IMG/VR virus record: IMGVR_UViG_3300028920_000050
Span: 37,395 to 101,394 of that record
DNA length: 64,000 nucleotides
From: a virus
Reading direction: 5' to 3' (one strand)
This document shows positions 1 through 8,855 of this stretch, piece by piece. Both the position numbers and the translations under genes were made by a program. Position 1 is the stretch's first letter. Each line of letters starts with the position of its first letter. The notes under the pieces were generated by a model. The model was not told where the DNA came from. It worked only from the letters and a program-made list of their open reading frames with translations, and did not search any database.

Positions 1-134
1 TGTCAACTCCAATTATAATGATACTCTCATTGTGCTCGAAATCGTTTTTTACTAAATCAAACACATTATCTGGAGATGTTATATAAGGAGCGTTTAGCTC
101 AGCAAGCTTTAGGTAGAAATACTTTACTTTAAAC

Positions 135-803
135 TTATCCTTGTACTTCATTTTCCACCTCTTCTTCATCTTCTTCGTACTCCCAAAAGCCAAAGTCAGA
201 TCCGTCACCTTCATGCGCTCCGAAGGTTGTACCATAAGGAGCAATTTCATTCATCTTATCCCAAATGACTTCATTTAACATTTCAGACGCTTCACTTTCC
301 TTGCCTATCTTTACAAGGTGTATAACATCCTTGCAATACCTTAGCAGGTTAGTGAGCCGGTGAGGTTCTACAGAATGTGGCGGAGTAATACTTATAAAAG
401 AACCTATAGCTTCCGCAATATCTTCTGGTTTATGTGTTGCACGAGAAACAGAATAATTAACGAAGCAGTTAGGGAGGCACTCCATATGCATATCGTTGTC
501 TATCATGGCCAGTTGACGAGAATTAATTGTGCACCAAACACCATTTATTTCCATAACCTTTTCTATGGTCTGCGGGGCCATTGGAATGATAAGGTAATTG
601 TGCAGATCCATGAACTCGGAAAAAACAATGTACGTGTCATATACGGCGGAACATACAATGTACCATACACATGTGCCTACTCCTTCACCAGACATGTAGA
701 TATACATAGGCATACTGTCTGTGCCAACCATTACATCAGCACTATCTACTAATCTATGTTTGCAGGACATTATTGTCCCAAGATTTTTTGTATACTTGTT
801 CAT
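135..803 (-). CDS. Hypothetical phage protein (C-terminal APxGxxFGAHxGDGSDFGFW motif, acidic tail)
   Basis: 222 aa ORF with AGGAG SD; C-terminal motif resembles conserved phage hypothetical proteins. Confidence 0.75.
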   Translation of the reverse strand: MNKYTKNLGTIMSCKHRLVDSADVMVGTDSMPMYIYMSGEGVGTCVWYIVCSAVYDTYIVFSEFMDLHNYLIIPMAPQTIEKVMEINGVWCTINSRQLAMIDNDMHMECLPNCFVNYSVSRATHKPEDIAEAIGSFISITPPHSVEPHRLTNLLRYCKDVIHLVKIGKESEASEMLNEVIWDKMNEIAPYGTTFGAHEGDGSDFGFWEYEEDEEEVENEVQG

Positions 804-931
804 AAATGAACTCCTTTTTTATTTTAGGTTAAAGGCAAGTCTGCAACTCCTGGGAGGACACCCGCCATCAACAAGGGTGTACCAGAATGGAGCTGCAGAC
901 TTACCTGCTTAACTAACAGATTGGTTATGAA

Positions 932-1327
932 TTAGCAAGCCTTTTTGTAAGATCTTACTTTTCTACTTTTTTCGTAGCGGTAAGTATCTTTATCTTTATG
1001 AGTGGAAGAGGACTCAACAATAATACTATCCCTGAACCATGTAACACCTGTAAACCTGTGTACATCTCCGGGCTTTACTCTCATGTAGTCTCCCTTGCGG
1101 AGAACATATATTTTATTATTGAGTTCCATGCGGACCTTGCCGCAAAGAATGATGAATACTTCATCTTTTAATTTATGATAGTGCAGACTGCACTGAAAAC
1201 CTGATTTTAATACAAGTACTTTCGTACAATAGTCACTATTAACTATAAATCCTTCGAGACCCCACACTTTACGTGCGATCTCTATAAAGAAGTTTTCTTT
1301 AAATTGACGTTTAAGATTTTTCCACAT
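932..1327 (-). CDS. Cupin-domain protein (mannose-6-phosphate isomerase-like cupin_2)
   Basis: KVWGxE...SLHYHxxKDExF...G...PGDVHRFTG cupin metal-binding motifs. Confidence 0.85.
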   Translation of the reverse strand: MWKNLKRQFKENFFIEIARKVWGLEGFIVNSDYCTKVLVLKSGFQCSLHYHKLKDEVFIILCGKVRMELNNKIYVLRKGDYMRVKPGDVHRFTGVTWFRDSIIVESSSTHKDKDTYRYEKSRKVRSYKKAC

Positions 1328-1344
1328 AATAATTTCCTCTAAAA

Positions 1345-1403
1345 AGGGGTTTCCGTACCAAACGGTATCTGCTGGTCGGATGCGTGCAAGGCACGGAAAC
1401 CCG
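1345..1403 (-). terminator. Inverted repeat / probable terminator
   Basis: GGGTTTCCGT...ACGGAAACCC stem followed by a U-run on the minus strand, downstream of 1430..1813. Confidence 0.5.
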
Positions 1404-1429
1404 TTTACCTAAAATGTTTTGGAGTTGAA

Positions 1430-1813
1430 TTAGCTTACCGTAACAGTATTCATGTTCCGGTAAATCCGTGTACGCTGTTTGTATTGTTTGTTTCTCTCGT
1501 TGATAAATGCACCAAGCAGTTTGCCAAGTGATTTACGGAGAGCTGTCCACCCTTCTTTTGGCTTAGGGTGGTTAGCAAGATAAAGAAGATCATTCTTTGC
1601 GGCAATAGGCAGTGTGGAGATAGAATAGACAACGGCAGCAAGCTTCTTTGCATGAGCGTCCTTTGCTTCTCCCATATCTTTTCTGGCCTTGGTTATTTCC
1701 TTCACAAGGTTATCCTTCCGTGTTTTAATTATTGACTGGACTTCCTTTTCCGGCTTTTCACCTTCAACTGAAGCAAGCTCCAGTTTAATTAATCTTATCG
1801 CTTCATCACGCAT
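1430..1813 (-). CDS. Hypothetical helical protein
   Basis: 127 aa ORF, AAGGAG SD. Confidence 0.75.
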   Translation of the reverse strand: MRDEAIRLIKLELASVEGEKPEKEVQSIIKTRKDNLVKEITKARKDMGEAKDAHAKKLAAVVYSISTLPIAAKNDLLYLANHPKPKEGWTALRKSLGKLLGAFINERNKQYKQRTRIYRNMNTVTVS

Positions 1814-1869
1814 GATGTACTCCTTAAAGTAAAATAAAGGCAGCCTAGCTACTCAACTGCCGGGGTAGT

Positions 1870-2290
1870 TTTCAATATAGTGGAGCGGGGGGCCGTGCCA
1901 GTATTCCTGACACTGCAGCCTTTGGTGACCGCTTCCCAGGGGGCATTATTTTCGCAACTTAAGAGGACTCACTGGCATAACGTTCCGTCTTAAGACTACC
2001 TTTCCTCTCCCTGCCCTACCAGAGGGCGGGGTTTGCAGGAGGCTCCGCAACTTGCAAGTCTGTATAAAAAAGAGTGTAAGTATAAAGTCATTGGTCAAAA
2101 AATAAATGATGTAAGATCTTACATCAGGCGACTGAACCGTTACAGGCCCCAACGTAAGATCTTACATCTGCGCGGCTAATTATACCCTGTAAAGTCCGCT
2201 ATCGGAACAGGGTGACGGAATTTCAGGATCAAAAGCATCCCGGAGTATCCGTAGATGTTTTCTCCCTAGCCGTGTCCGCTTGCGGAGAGT
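1870..2290 (-). ncRNA. Candidate structured RNA(s), two multi-stem blocks (about 1875-2060 and 2170-2290)
   Basis: GC-rich intergenic DNA with many complementary stems; no family recognised. Confidence 0.35.
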
Positions 2291-2291
2291 A

Positions 2292-2735
2292 TTAAGCTGA
2301 TCTTGCTTCTTCTTTTTCTTTGGTTTCTTCTGCTTTTTCATTGGAAGCCCCCTCAGCTTTTTTAGCTTTATCCTCAAGGCGCTTCTTTTTAGCGGCCTCA
2401 AGCTCAACCTTTTTAGCTTCTTTCCGTTTGATAAGCTCGTCCTCTATGCGCTGAACAGTATCAACACTGTGATACTCTCCCGGTTTCCATAAAGGGTGCT
2501 CAACATTACCGGTAATTCGGAGGTCCGTGGTGAGTTTACCGGCTGTATGGAACTCCTCAGTAAGAACTTTCTCAATGAGATCGAGCTTACCGACATAGAT
2601 ACGCTTGCGGATACCTGTAGTACCGCTGCCCTTGGTAAAGGCAATACGGACGGCAGGTTTACCGTAGTGGCTGACGTTTTGGATGTTGACATGAACACAC
2701 TTGATGTTCATTTCTTCGATAATTTTATCTTTCAT
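2292..2735 (-). CDS. Hypothetical protein, K/E-rich C-terminus
   Basis: 147 aa ORF, AAGGAG SD. Confidence 0.75.
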   Translation of the reverse strand: MKDKIIEEMNIKCVHVNIQNVSHYGKPAVRIAFTKGSGTTGIRKRIYVGKLDLIEKVLTEEFHTAGKLTTDLRITGNVEHPLWKPGEYHSVDTVQRIEDELIKRKEAKKVELEAAKKKRLEDKAKKAEGASNEKAEETKEKEEARSA

Positions 2736-2946
2736 CTTTTTTGTCTCCTTGTTTATTATTATAGTAACACTGTTGGTGGTGGACTATTAATTTGTCTACC
2801 TCATGTTCAGGTAACTTCCGTAGGGTAGTACCTGTATTGGAGTTCTTGTATTTCTTGCACCGTTTTAATGGACAATCTTTTTTAGGGGTGGGGCACTCTG
2901 TAAGGTAGGTCTTTATCATGTGCATAGATACAAGCATATCTATCAT
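2725..2946 (-). CDS. Small Cys-containing hypothetical protein
   Basis: 73 aa ORF, ATGA overlap with upstream gene. Confidence 0.5.
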   Translation of the reverse strand: MIDMLVSMHMIKTYLTECPTPKKDCPLKRCKKYKNSNTGTTLRKLPEHEVDKLIVHHQQCYYNNKQGDKKDER

Positions 2947-3266
2947 CCCCTAACTCCCGCAAAGAAGGAATACACTTTAAACTTAAACTTCCGCCAAGTC
3001 ATTTTCTTTTTCCAGTATGCGATCCTGTCAAGCACCTTTTTTTCAAGATCTTTATAATAGTCGATCTGCTCACAGCTGTCCGGACATGTCTTGCGGTCGG
3101 CGGACCGAAGGCGGAAGCCCTGGCAATTATTGCATATCGTATCACACGCTTCATTAAGAGCGTTGGACATCTTGACATGCAGGTCGTCATACTTTTTAGG
3201 TTTCATAATTACTCCAAAACAAATGTGAGGAGACCTACAATACCTCAGCGTTACAGATCTCCTCAC
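2943..3266 (-). CDS. Cys-rich hypothetical protein (true start probably the MKPKK Met near 3206)
   Basis: CxxxCxxC and CxxxC clusters; GGAG SD before internal Met. Confidence 0.6.
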   Translation of the reverse strand: MRRSVTLRYCRSPHICFGVIMKPKKYDDLHVKMSNALNEACDTICNNCQGFRLRSADRKTCPDSCEQIDYYKDLEKKVLDRIAYWKKKMTWRKFKFKVYSFFAGVRG

Positions 3267-3438
3267 AATAATTAGCTAGATTATTTGCTTGTATAATAAT
3301 TTGTTTTTATATTAGGTATTTTGTGTAGCTACCGCATAACACCCCCTTGCCTACTCTCAGGCGGTCCGGTTGTTTTTTGGTTGGCATACTTGCCGCTAAA
3401 GGTTTAAATATAAGGTTTGTGTTTCCACATGAAATACT

Positions 3439-3466
3439 ATTATACAATAAATGTAACATCTTACAA
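3439..3466 (-). promoter_or_regulatory. Sigma70-like promoter whose -35 lies within a palindrome copy
   Basis: Minus strand TTGTAA-N16-TATAAT; palindrome variant TGTAACATCTTACA at 3452-3465. Confidence 0.55.
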
Positions 3467-3885
3467 GTCCCCTCTATGTAACAGAGAAAAAAGAGCAGTT
3501 GTAATTAAGCAAAAATAAAAGTAAGACCCTACACCCTGAACTGCAGCTGGGAGGCCCCGCGATCCAGAATGTAAGATCTTACAATTTATAATATTTGTGG
3601 CAAGGCGCCACCACCCTTCCCTACTCTTTCTCCAAAATTTTATTTTAATACTTGCAGTAAAAATCTGCGGGGACCGCCAACCTTGTCCAGGCGATCCCCA
3701 CAGATGTTATTTACGTATACCGGATATAAAGGAAATTAAGACCGGACACACATAAACCAGTAAACAGTTATTTGCTAAAGCATAAGAGCTTTAAGCCGTA
3801 AATAAAAAACATAAATGTAAGTTCCCCCATAACAGAAATAAAAGAGATATTAAAACAAATAGTACAGGCCCATATTGATTAGGCC

Positions 3886-3933
3886 AAAAAAATACCCGGA
3901 AAGGATTATTATTTTTAATCCCTTCCGGGTATT
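3886..3933 (-). terminator. Rho-independent terminator
   Basis: AATACCCGGAA.GGATTA / TAATCC.TTCCGGGTATT stem plus U7 on the minus strand, downstream of 3994..4890. Confidence 0.75.
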
Positions 3934-3993
3934 GTAATGTAAGATCTTACAATCGAAATTGTAAGATCTTACATTTAGCAGGAAATGAAATGA

Positions 3994-4890
3994 TTATTTT
4001 TTTAACTTGCGGGTAATGGTGCGCTCATAATTTTCGGTAACCTTTTTGATATAATCAGTACAGGATTTTTCAACCTGTTTCAATTTATCTTTACCGATTT
4101 TGATCTTTAAAATGTCAGATACAATGTCAACAGCATTTTCAGCCAATAACATTTTACAGATCATTTCTTTTTGATCATTAGATTTTTTGTTTTCCTTTTT
4201 GATACTGTCTCGGTCAATTTGTTTTGACATTTCACTGATCATTTTTTCACGTTCTAAAATTGCATTGTGCTGTTTATCAATTTTTTCACGTTCTTTATTA
4301 TCGGTGATTTTTGCCGTATTTGGTAATAGATTTACTTCTTTTTTTGCCTGATCTATTCCGAGCTTGCAAATATACTTTTTATATTTGCTATCATCTTTTA
4401 AATTGCCGTTACCACTTGCAATATAGGTGATCAGCTTTTTGATGCTATCATCATTTAACTGATTTTTCTTGACCGTCTTTGCTAAGTTCATTAGAACCGA
4501 GTACGGTACATTTGTACCAAGTTCAATCTGAAAATTAGCAAAATACCCGGCTGAAATTAATTTCATTACTGCATTTTGTTTGACATGTAAACGGCTGAAA
4601 TATTCTTTCCAGTATTCATCCACGACCGAAGATATTGACGGTTTTTTGGAATAATTGTCAGGATTTTTTTTATAATCTGTTAACTTTTCTGTCAACAGAT
4701 CAGCAGTAAAATTATGTAACATGGCATGGTACACGATTTTACTTGCATTTTCATATTTTGACATGGTAATGATCTTTTTGAATTGATCATTACGATTGTT
4801 AACTACCGTTAACATATTGCCCATGTCAATAGATGATTTAAAGATTTTGTCCGTGTCGGATTTTGATACGATTGTTTGATTTTTATTCAT
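3994..4890 (-). CDS. Hypothetical K-rich protein, probable first early gene
   Basis: 298 aa ORF, visibly more AT-rich than neighbours, with own promoter and terminator. Confidence 0.8.
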   Translation of the reverse strand: MNKNQTIVSKSDTDKIFKSSIDMGNMLTVVNNRNDQFKKIITMSKYENASKIVYHAMLHNFTADLLTEKLTDYKKNPDNYSKKPSISSVVDEYWKEYFSRLHVKQNAVMKLISAGYFANFQIELGTNVPYSVLMNLAKTVKKNQLNDDSIKKLITYIASGNGNLKDDSKYKKYICKLGIDQAKKEVNLLPNTAKITDNKEREKIDKQHNAILEREKMISEMSKQIDRDSIKKENKKSNDQKEMICKMLLAENAVDIVSDILKIKIGKDKLKQVEKSCTDYIKKVTENYERTITRKLKK

Positions 4891-5004
4891 AATATTTTTC
4901 CTTTTATTTTAATTTAGTTAAAATGTAATATCTTACATTCTATATAAAAAATAAAATGTAATATTACATTTTTACAGGATCACAACATGCTGATCCTATT
5001 CTTA

Positions 5005-5032
5005 ATTGTATCATGATTATAGTTTTTGTCAA
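5005..5032 (-). promoter_or_regulatory. Sigma70-type promoter for 3994..4890
   Basis: TTGACA-N16-TACAAT with extended -10 TG; flanked by palindrome copies at 5052-5063, 4957-4968 and 4924-4937. Confidence 0.7.
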
Positions 5033-5247
5033 GTTTAATTTTTATCAATTTTGTAATATTACAAAAATCCGATACAGTAACCCGGAACCGTGATCCCGGT
5101 ACTGGAGATTGAAGGACACCCCCGACGCCGTCAGAGGGTCCGGGTCCCTATGTACTTGAAGCTGAGAACTTTAAAGGATTTAGATTTTAAGTTAGCAATA
5201 CATAAACATATCCAACACACTTTAAAACACACTTTGCAGCACACTCT

Positions 5248-5730
5248 TACTACTACTCTTATATAGGGTAATGTTAGAGGGCTTTCGGGCCTGGCTCCCG
5301 CCGGTTTTTAAAGCTGTATTATAGGAGCAAAAAATAATTCGGATCTTTGGAAATACAATATATAGCGTGCTTTGAACAATACCTGCTGCATAGAACGCAC
5401 GTAATACAGGATCTTTGTACTACTCTTACTATGTGTACTGTTAGTGTACTTGTTGGGCCGTTCTCCCGCCCGTTTTTAGATCTTGACACTTAAACAATAA
5501 TACAATGTAAGACCTTACATAATAGGTATGTATACCTATAAAGTATGTCTAAGTGTCAAGTGTTGATCGCTGTCATGATGTGCTTAGAGATCCCGATTAT
5601 ATGCGTAATACCACTGTGATCATGTTAAATAATAGGGTAGATCTGCTGTGGATCTGAGGGCAATACACTACTACATAGGTCTCTATATAGGGGGCATGTA
5701 GAGGGGTTTACCCGTATTCCCCCGCCCTGG
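5248..5730. repeat. Three imperfect ~60 bp direct repeats plus nested inverted repeats
   Basis: TACTACTCTTA...TGTTAG...GGGCC...CTCCCGCC.GTTTTTA at ~5248-5310 and ~5418-5478, degenerate copy ~5666-5730; CTTGACACTTA (5482-5492) / TAAGTGTCAAG (5550-5560) inverted pair. Confidence 0.6.
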
Positions 5731-5791
5731 CTACACAGAGGCTTTCTATGGGACGTTCTCAGGGAGGGTCTGCATATTGGGCCTACATACA

Positions 5792-5837
5792 GAAAAACCC
5801 TCTGTGCTGAAGCCGTATAAACAGCACAGAGGGTTTC
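5792..5837 (-). terminator. Rho-independent terminator ending the late gene block
   Basis: 15-bp stem AAACCCTCTGTGCTG / CAGCACAGAGGGTTT ending in a U-run on the minus strand. Confidence 0.75.
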
Positions 5838-5873
5838 ATGAGTGTACCCATAATTAGGAGGAACTTAAATAGC

Positions 5874-6275
5874 CTATCTGCCACGCACCTGTCTTAGAAA
5901 TATCTGGTTTCCCTGTGGATTACGTTTACCTATCCTTGGCTTACGCTTACCTGTAGATAAGAAGCTTTCACCAAACCACCCCTCCATTTTTTTGATATAG
6001 GCAGTTCGGCTTTTTATATGAAGCTTCTTTTTATACATGCTTATAGCAAGGTTGGCTTTCTGAGGATCTGTTAAATGCGGATTATAGTAGTACTCGTGTA
6101 TTCCCTTGGTGTGTATACCAATATCCTTTCTCAGAGCTTTTACTTTTCCAAGTAACTTTGCTCTTTGATCCCCGCTTAATTTTGCACGTGCCCATCTGTG
6201 GGCTTTATTTAGAACGTACTTTCTGCCCCGTATAAGCTTAGTCATTCCTACACGGAGCAACTGTTTTTTAGGCAT
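5874..6275 (-). CDS. Basic protein, shared N-terminal motif family
   Basis: LRVGMTKLIRGRKYVLNKAHRWAR. Confidence 0.8.
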   Translation of the reverse strand: MPKKQLLRVGMTKLIRGRKYVLNKAHRWARAKLSGDQRAKLLGKVKALRKDIGIHTKGIHEYYYNPHLTDPQKANLAISMYKKKLHIKSRTAYIKKMEGWFGESFLSTGKRKPRIGKRNPQGNQIFLRQVRGR

Positions 6276-6280
6276 TAATA

Positions 6281-6733
6281 TTATGCTTTTCTTTTACGGA
6301 CAGCTATTCTGTGACCAAGACGATTAATTGCTATAGATCCCACAGTGAGAGTAGCCAATGCTGCAATTCCTTTTCCTGATGTCATCAAACCGGCAGATCT
6401 TCCTGCTATCCTCATACTTCTCTGTGCTTTCCTGTACATGGAAGCGCCTTTTATTAAACTGCCTCTTTTAAGCATCCGTTTGGCTTCACCACTCATACGT
6501 ACTGCACGTTTTAACTCAACATGGTGCATAATACGTGCTCCGCTTTCCACTGCCAAATGTGCTCCGCCAGTAATAGCACCAATAGCTCCAACACCTGCAG
6601 TTATCCCACCTGCAAGCTGTCGGCCCACACCAGCACGTTCCCATCTGGATGTTTTACCTAATTTATAGGTTCTTCCTTTTACTGTTTTGGTCATTCCATG
6701 TTGAAGCTTTCGTCTTTGTTTCATACGAGCCAT
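6281..6733 (-). CDS. Basic protein with glycine-zipper segments, shared N-terminal motif family
   Basis: LQHGMTKTVKGRTYKLGKTSRWER followed by GGITAGVGAIGAITGG. Confidence 0.8.
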   Translation of the reverse strand: MARMKQRRKLQHGMTKTVKGRTYKLGKTSRWERAGVGRQLAGGITAGVGAIGAITGGAHLAVESGARIMHHVELKRAVRMSGEAKRMLKRGSLIKGASMYRKAQRSMRIAGRSAGLMTSGKGIAALATLTVGSIAINRLGHRIAVRKRKA

Positions 6734-6735
6734 AG

Positions 6736-7083
6736 TTAAGCCCTCCTTCTCTTTATTTTCTTTTTTTCTTTGATAACCATTATAAAACTGGCAATAGCAC
6801 CAAGGCTTGTGGCTATCTGCTGTATATAATCAAATATCATTGATACTATTGACTTCTTCTCAGCTGTTGTATTGGTAACACGTGAGTCCCTTCTTGGGCG
6901 CCGAGTTGTCCGATCTGCGGTTGCAGGAGCAGATCTCCTGTATACAAATGTGGAGTTATCAGTTTTAGCTTGTATGGAGAAATTAACAAGTTTCCTTCTT
7001 ATAAATGAAAGTGCAGCAAGAACAATAAATACAATACAGACTGTTGTTAATACTTTTAATTTAATATCTTTTATTTTACGCAC
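6736..7083 (-). CDS. Small two-TM membrane protein
   Basis: Hydrophobic VLTTVCIVFIVLAALSFI and IATSLGAIASFIMVI segments with basic termini. Confidence 0.7.
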   Translation of the reverse strand: MRKIKDIKLKVLTTVCIVFIVLAALSFIRRKLVNFSIQAKTDNSTFVYRRSAPATADRTTRRPRRDSRVTNTTAEKKSIVSMIFDYIQQIATSLGAIASFIMVIKEKKKIKRRRA

Positions 7084-7618
7084 GTATCCTCCTTCTCCTC
7101 GGCCTTCTGTAATTGGAAGCAGTAAGGTGAGTAGCTATTCCACGTTTCCGCAGATTTTCCATTGTACTTGGTTTCGTATCAAAAGATATACGAGATCCAG
7201 GCTTTAAGTCTCTATTCATCTGTGCAGTAATTAGAGTATTTACTACACCGAGCCTTCTTTCAGAAGCAGCTCTCTCCCGCTTTCTTGCTGACATCTTAAC
7301 CAAGAGTCCACTTACAAAAGCACCTGCACTTGTAGCAACTAAAGCCTTGTGTACTTTATAAGGTGCTTTCTTAAGTAACTTTGTTTTCTTACTGAGTGCT
7401 AAATAGCTGGCAGCTAGACCCAAACCAACCATACTCATGCGTTTTCCTAGACGGCCACGACTACTATAATCAAAACCTTCTATGTTCCTCTTACCTGTAC
7501 GTTCCCACCTATAGTTTTTATTCAGTTCATAGGTTATTCCGCTTACTGTTTTCTGTTGACCTATTTTAGCCTTTGCTTCTTTGGCATTTTTTCTGGCTCG
7601 TCTCTTGGTTGTTGGCAT
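7076..7618 (-). CDS. Basic protein with hydrophobic segments, shared N-terminal motif family
   Basis: AKIGQQKTVSGITYELNKNYRWER; two Gly/Ala-rich hydrophobic stretches. Confidence 0.8.
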   Translation of the reverse strand: MPTTKRRARKNAKEAKAKIGQQKTVSGITYELNKNYRWERTGKRNIEGFDYSSRGRLGKRMSMVGLGLAASYLALSKKTKLLKKAPYKVHKALVATSAGAFVSGLLVKMSARKRERAASERRLGVVNTLITAQMNRDLKPGSRISFDTKPSTMENLRKRGIATHLTASNYRRPRRRRIRA

Positions 7619-7636
7619 GCACTCCTCCTTAAATTA

Positions 7637-7680
7637 AATGAAAGAGATAAATGTAAGAACTTACATTTATCTCTTTCATT
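7637..7680. terminator. Long inverted repeat with palindrome variant at its core
   Basis: AATGAAAGAGATAAATGTAAG-AA-CTTACATTTATCTCTTTCATT. Confidence 0.65.
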
Positions 7681-7703
7681 GTTCTGTCATTGTCGCAGTG
7701 ACG

Positions 7704-7892
7704 TTATGACATCTTGACAGGGCCGATACCGTTGTGTGCCTTCGGTGCAGGATACTTTCCTTTGTATTTGTCAATCTTATCTTTTGCACCGGGAGCCTTA
7801 GACGGACCAATCCCATTACGGGCAAGCCCTGGCCGGCCAACCTGGTGTTTCGCACCTTTGTTCTTCGTGTTTTTTGGAAATGTTGCTGCCAT
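7704..7892 (-). CDS. Small basic protein with duplicated NGIGP motif (62 aa)
   Basis: AGGAGG SD before MAATFPK; ARNGIGPSK and AHNGIGPVK repeats. Confidence 0.7.
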   Translation of the reverse strand: MAATFPKNTKNKGAKHQVGRPGLARNGIGPSKAPGAKDKIDKYKGKYPAPKAHNGIGPVKMS

Positions 7893-7920
7893 AGTTTTCC
7901 TCCTGTTTAATATATTAAAC

Positions 7921-8379
7921 CTATAGTAGTCCGAGTTCTTTTTGAACTCGTTTACGTACACGACCTAGAGCTTCCCTTGTACGTTTAGCCTCAGGTGTAT
8001 TGACTGTACCATGTCGTTTGTGTGCCTCGTACACACTACTTAATTTCATATATCTTTTTCTTACTCCCGGATTTACTCGTCTAATCCCCTGCCTGAAAGA
8101 TGACTTGGCCCTTACAGTAACTTTACGAGTAGACAATATAGCAAGTGTAATAAAACCAGCAGTAATAGCTGCACCCTTGGCATACGCTTTAAGCCTCATT
8201 CTTCTTCTGTATTTTTCATAACTTATGGTTGGACCGGAAAAATATGCAGACTCTTTTAGCGGAACCTTTATATAATCTCTTTCCCATCTTGAAGTACGAC
8301 CAAGTTTATACCTCTTTCCTCTAACTGTTTTTGTAGCCCCTGGTCTTATACGTTTTTGATCATACTTCTTTCTTGCCAT
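7921..8379 (-). CDS. Basic protein with TM-like segment, shared N-terminal motif family
   Basis: IRPGATKTVRGKRYKLGRTSRWERDY; GAAITAGFITLAIL. Confidence 0.8.
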   Translation of the reverse strand: MARKKYDQKRIRPGATKTVRGKRYKLGRTSRWERDYIKVPLKESAYFSGPTISYEKYRRRMRLKAYAKGAAITAGFITLAILSTRKVTVRAKSSFRQGIRRVNPGVRKRYMKLSSVYEAHKRHGTVNTPEAKRTREALGRVRKRVQKELGLL

Positions 8380-8398
8380 AATGAAATCCAGATATTAA

Positions 8399-8833
8399 TT
8401 ATTTATTTCTTTTTCTTCGTTTATATGTAGAGTGTGCGATCTTTGTAGTAACAGCTGTACCTAATGCTACAGCCACACCTTTCTTACCGTGTTTAGCAAT
8501 AGCTTTGCTTAGGGGCTTACTGGCTTTTCGTATAGCTGCTCCTGCTCTGCTTATTGTTTTACTTGCTTTACCTGCCTTATGAGAACTACTCTCTACTCTT
8601 TTACCGAAGCGTTTAACCTCTTCGCCAGCTTTCTTCCCCGCAGTTTTAAAACCGCGGTCTACTGCTTTGTTTAGACCTTTAGCCTTACCGACTGCTCCTG
8701 TCTTTTGTACCTTGACCCACCGCACAACTCCTTTGCGGATCTCTGTCAAACGGAGCATAGCACCAGCTGCTCCTTTCTTCATAGCACCGATTTTCTGGCC
8801 GGCAGCTTTCTTTATTCTTTTCATTCTTGCCAT
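8399..8833 (-). CDS. Very basic K/A/G-rich protein, possible divergent family member
   Basis: KIGAMKKGAAGAMLRL...VRWVK; C-terminal GVAVALGTAVT. Confidence 0.75.
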   Translation of the reverse strand: MARMKRIKKAAGQKIGAMKKGAAGAMLRLTEIRKGVVRWVKVQKTGAVGKAKGLNKAVDRGFKTAGKKAGEEVKRFGKRVESSSHKAGKASKTISRAGAAIRKASKPLSKAIAKHGKKGVAVALGTAVTTKIAHSTYKRRKRNK

Positions 8834-8855
8834 TTGTTATCTCCTGTTTTTTATA

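Noticed and set aside
1875-1945. tRNA or tmRNA suggested by 3' end ...CCGCTCCACTA on the minus strand
   Set aside because: No T-arm GTTCRA motif, no matching 5' acceptor strand or cloverleaf; kept only as a generic structured RNA candidate
3307-3387. 26-codon ORF MPTKKQPDRLRVG resembling the start of 5874..6275 (MPKKQLLRVG)
   Set aside because: Too short, no SD, and lacks the Y-x-L...RW part of the motif; likely chance
2108-5520. Clustered TGTAAGATCTTACA copies as a CRISPR array
   Set aside because: Repeats are only 14-18 bp, irregularly spaced and dispersed genome-wide; no cas genes
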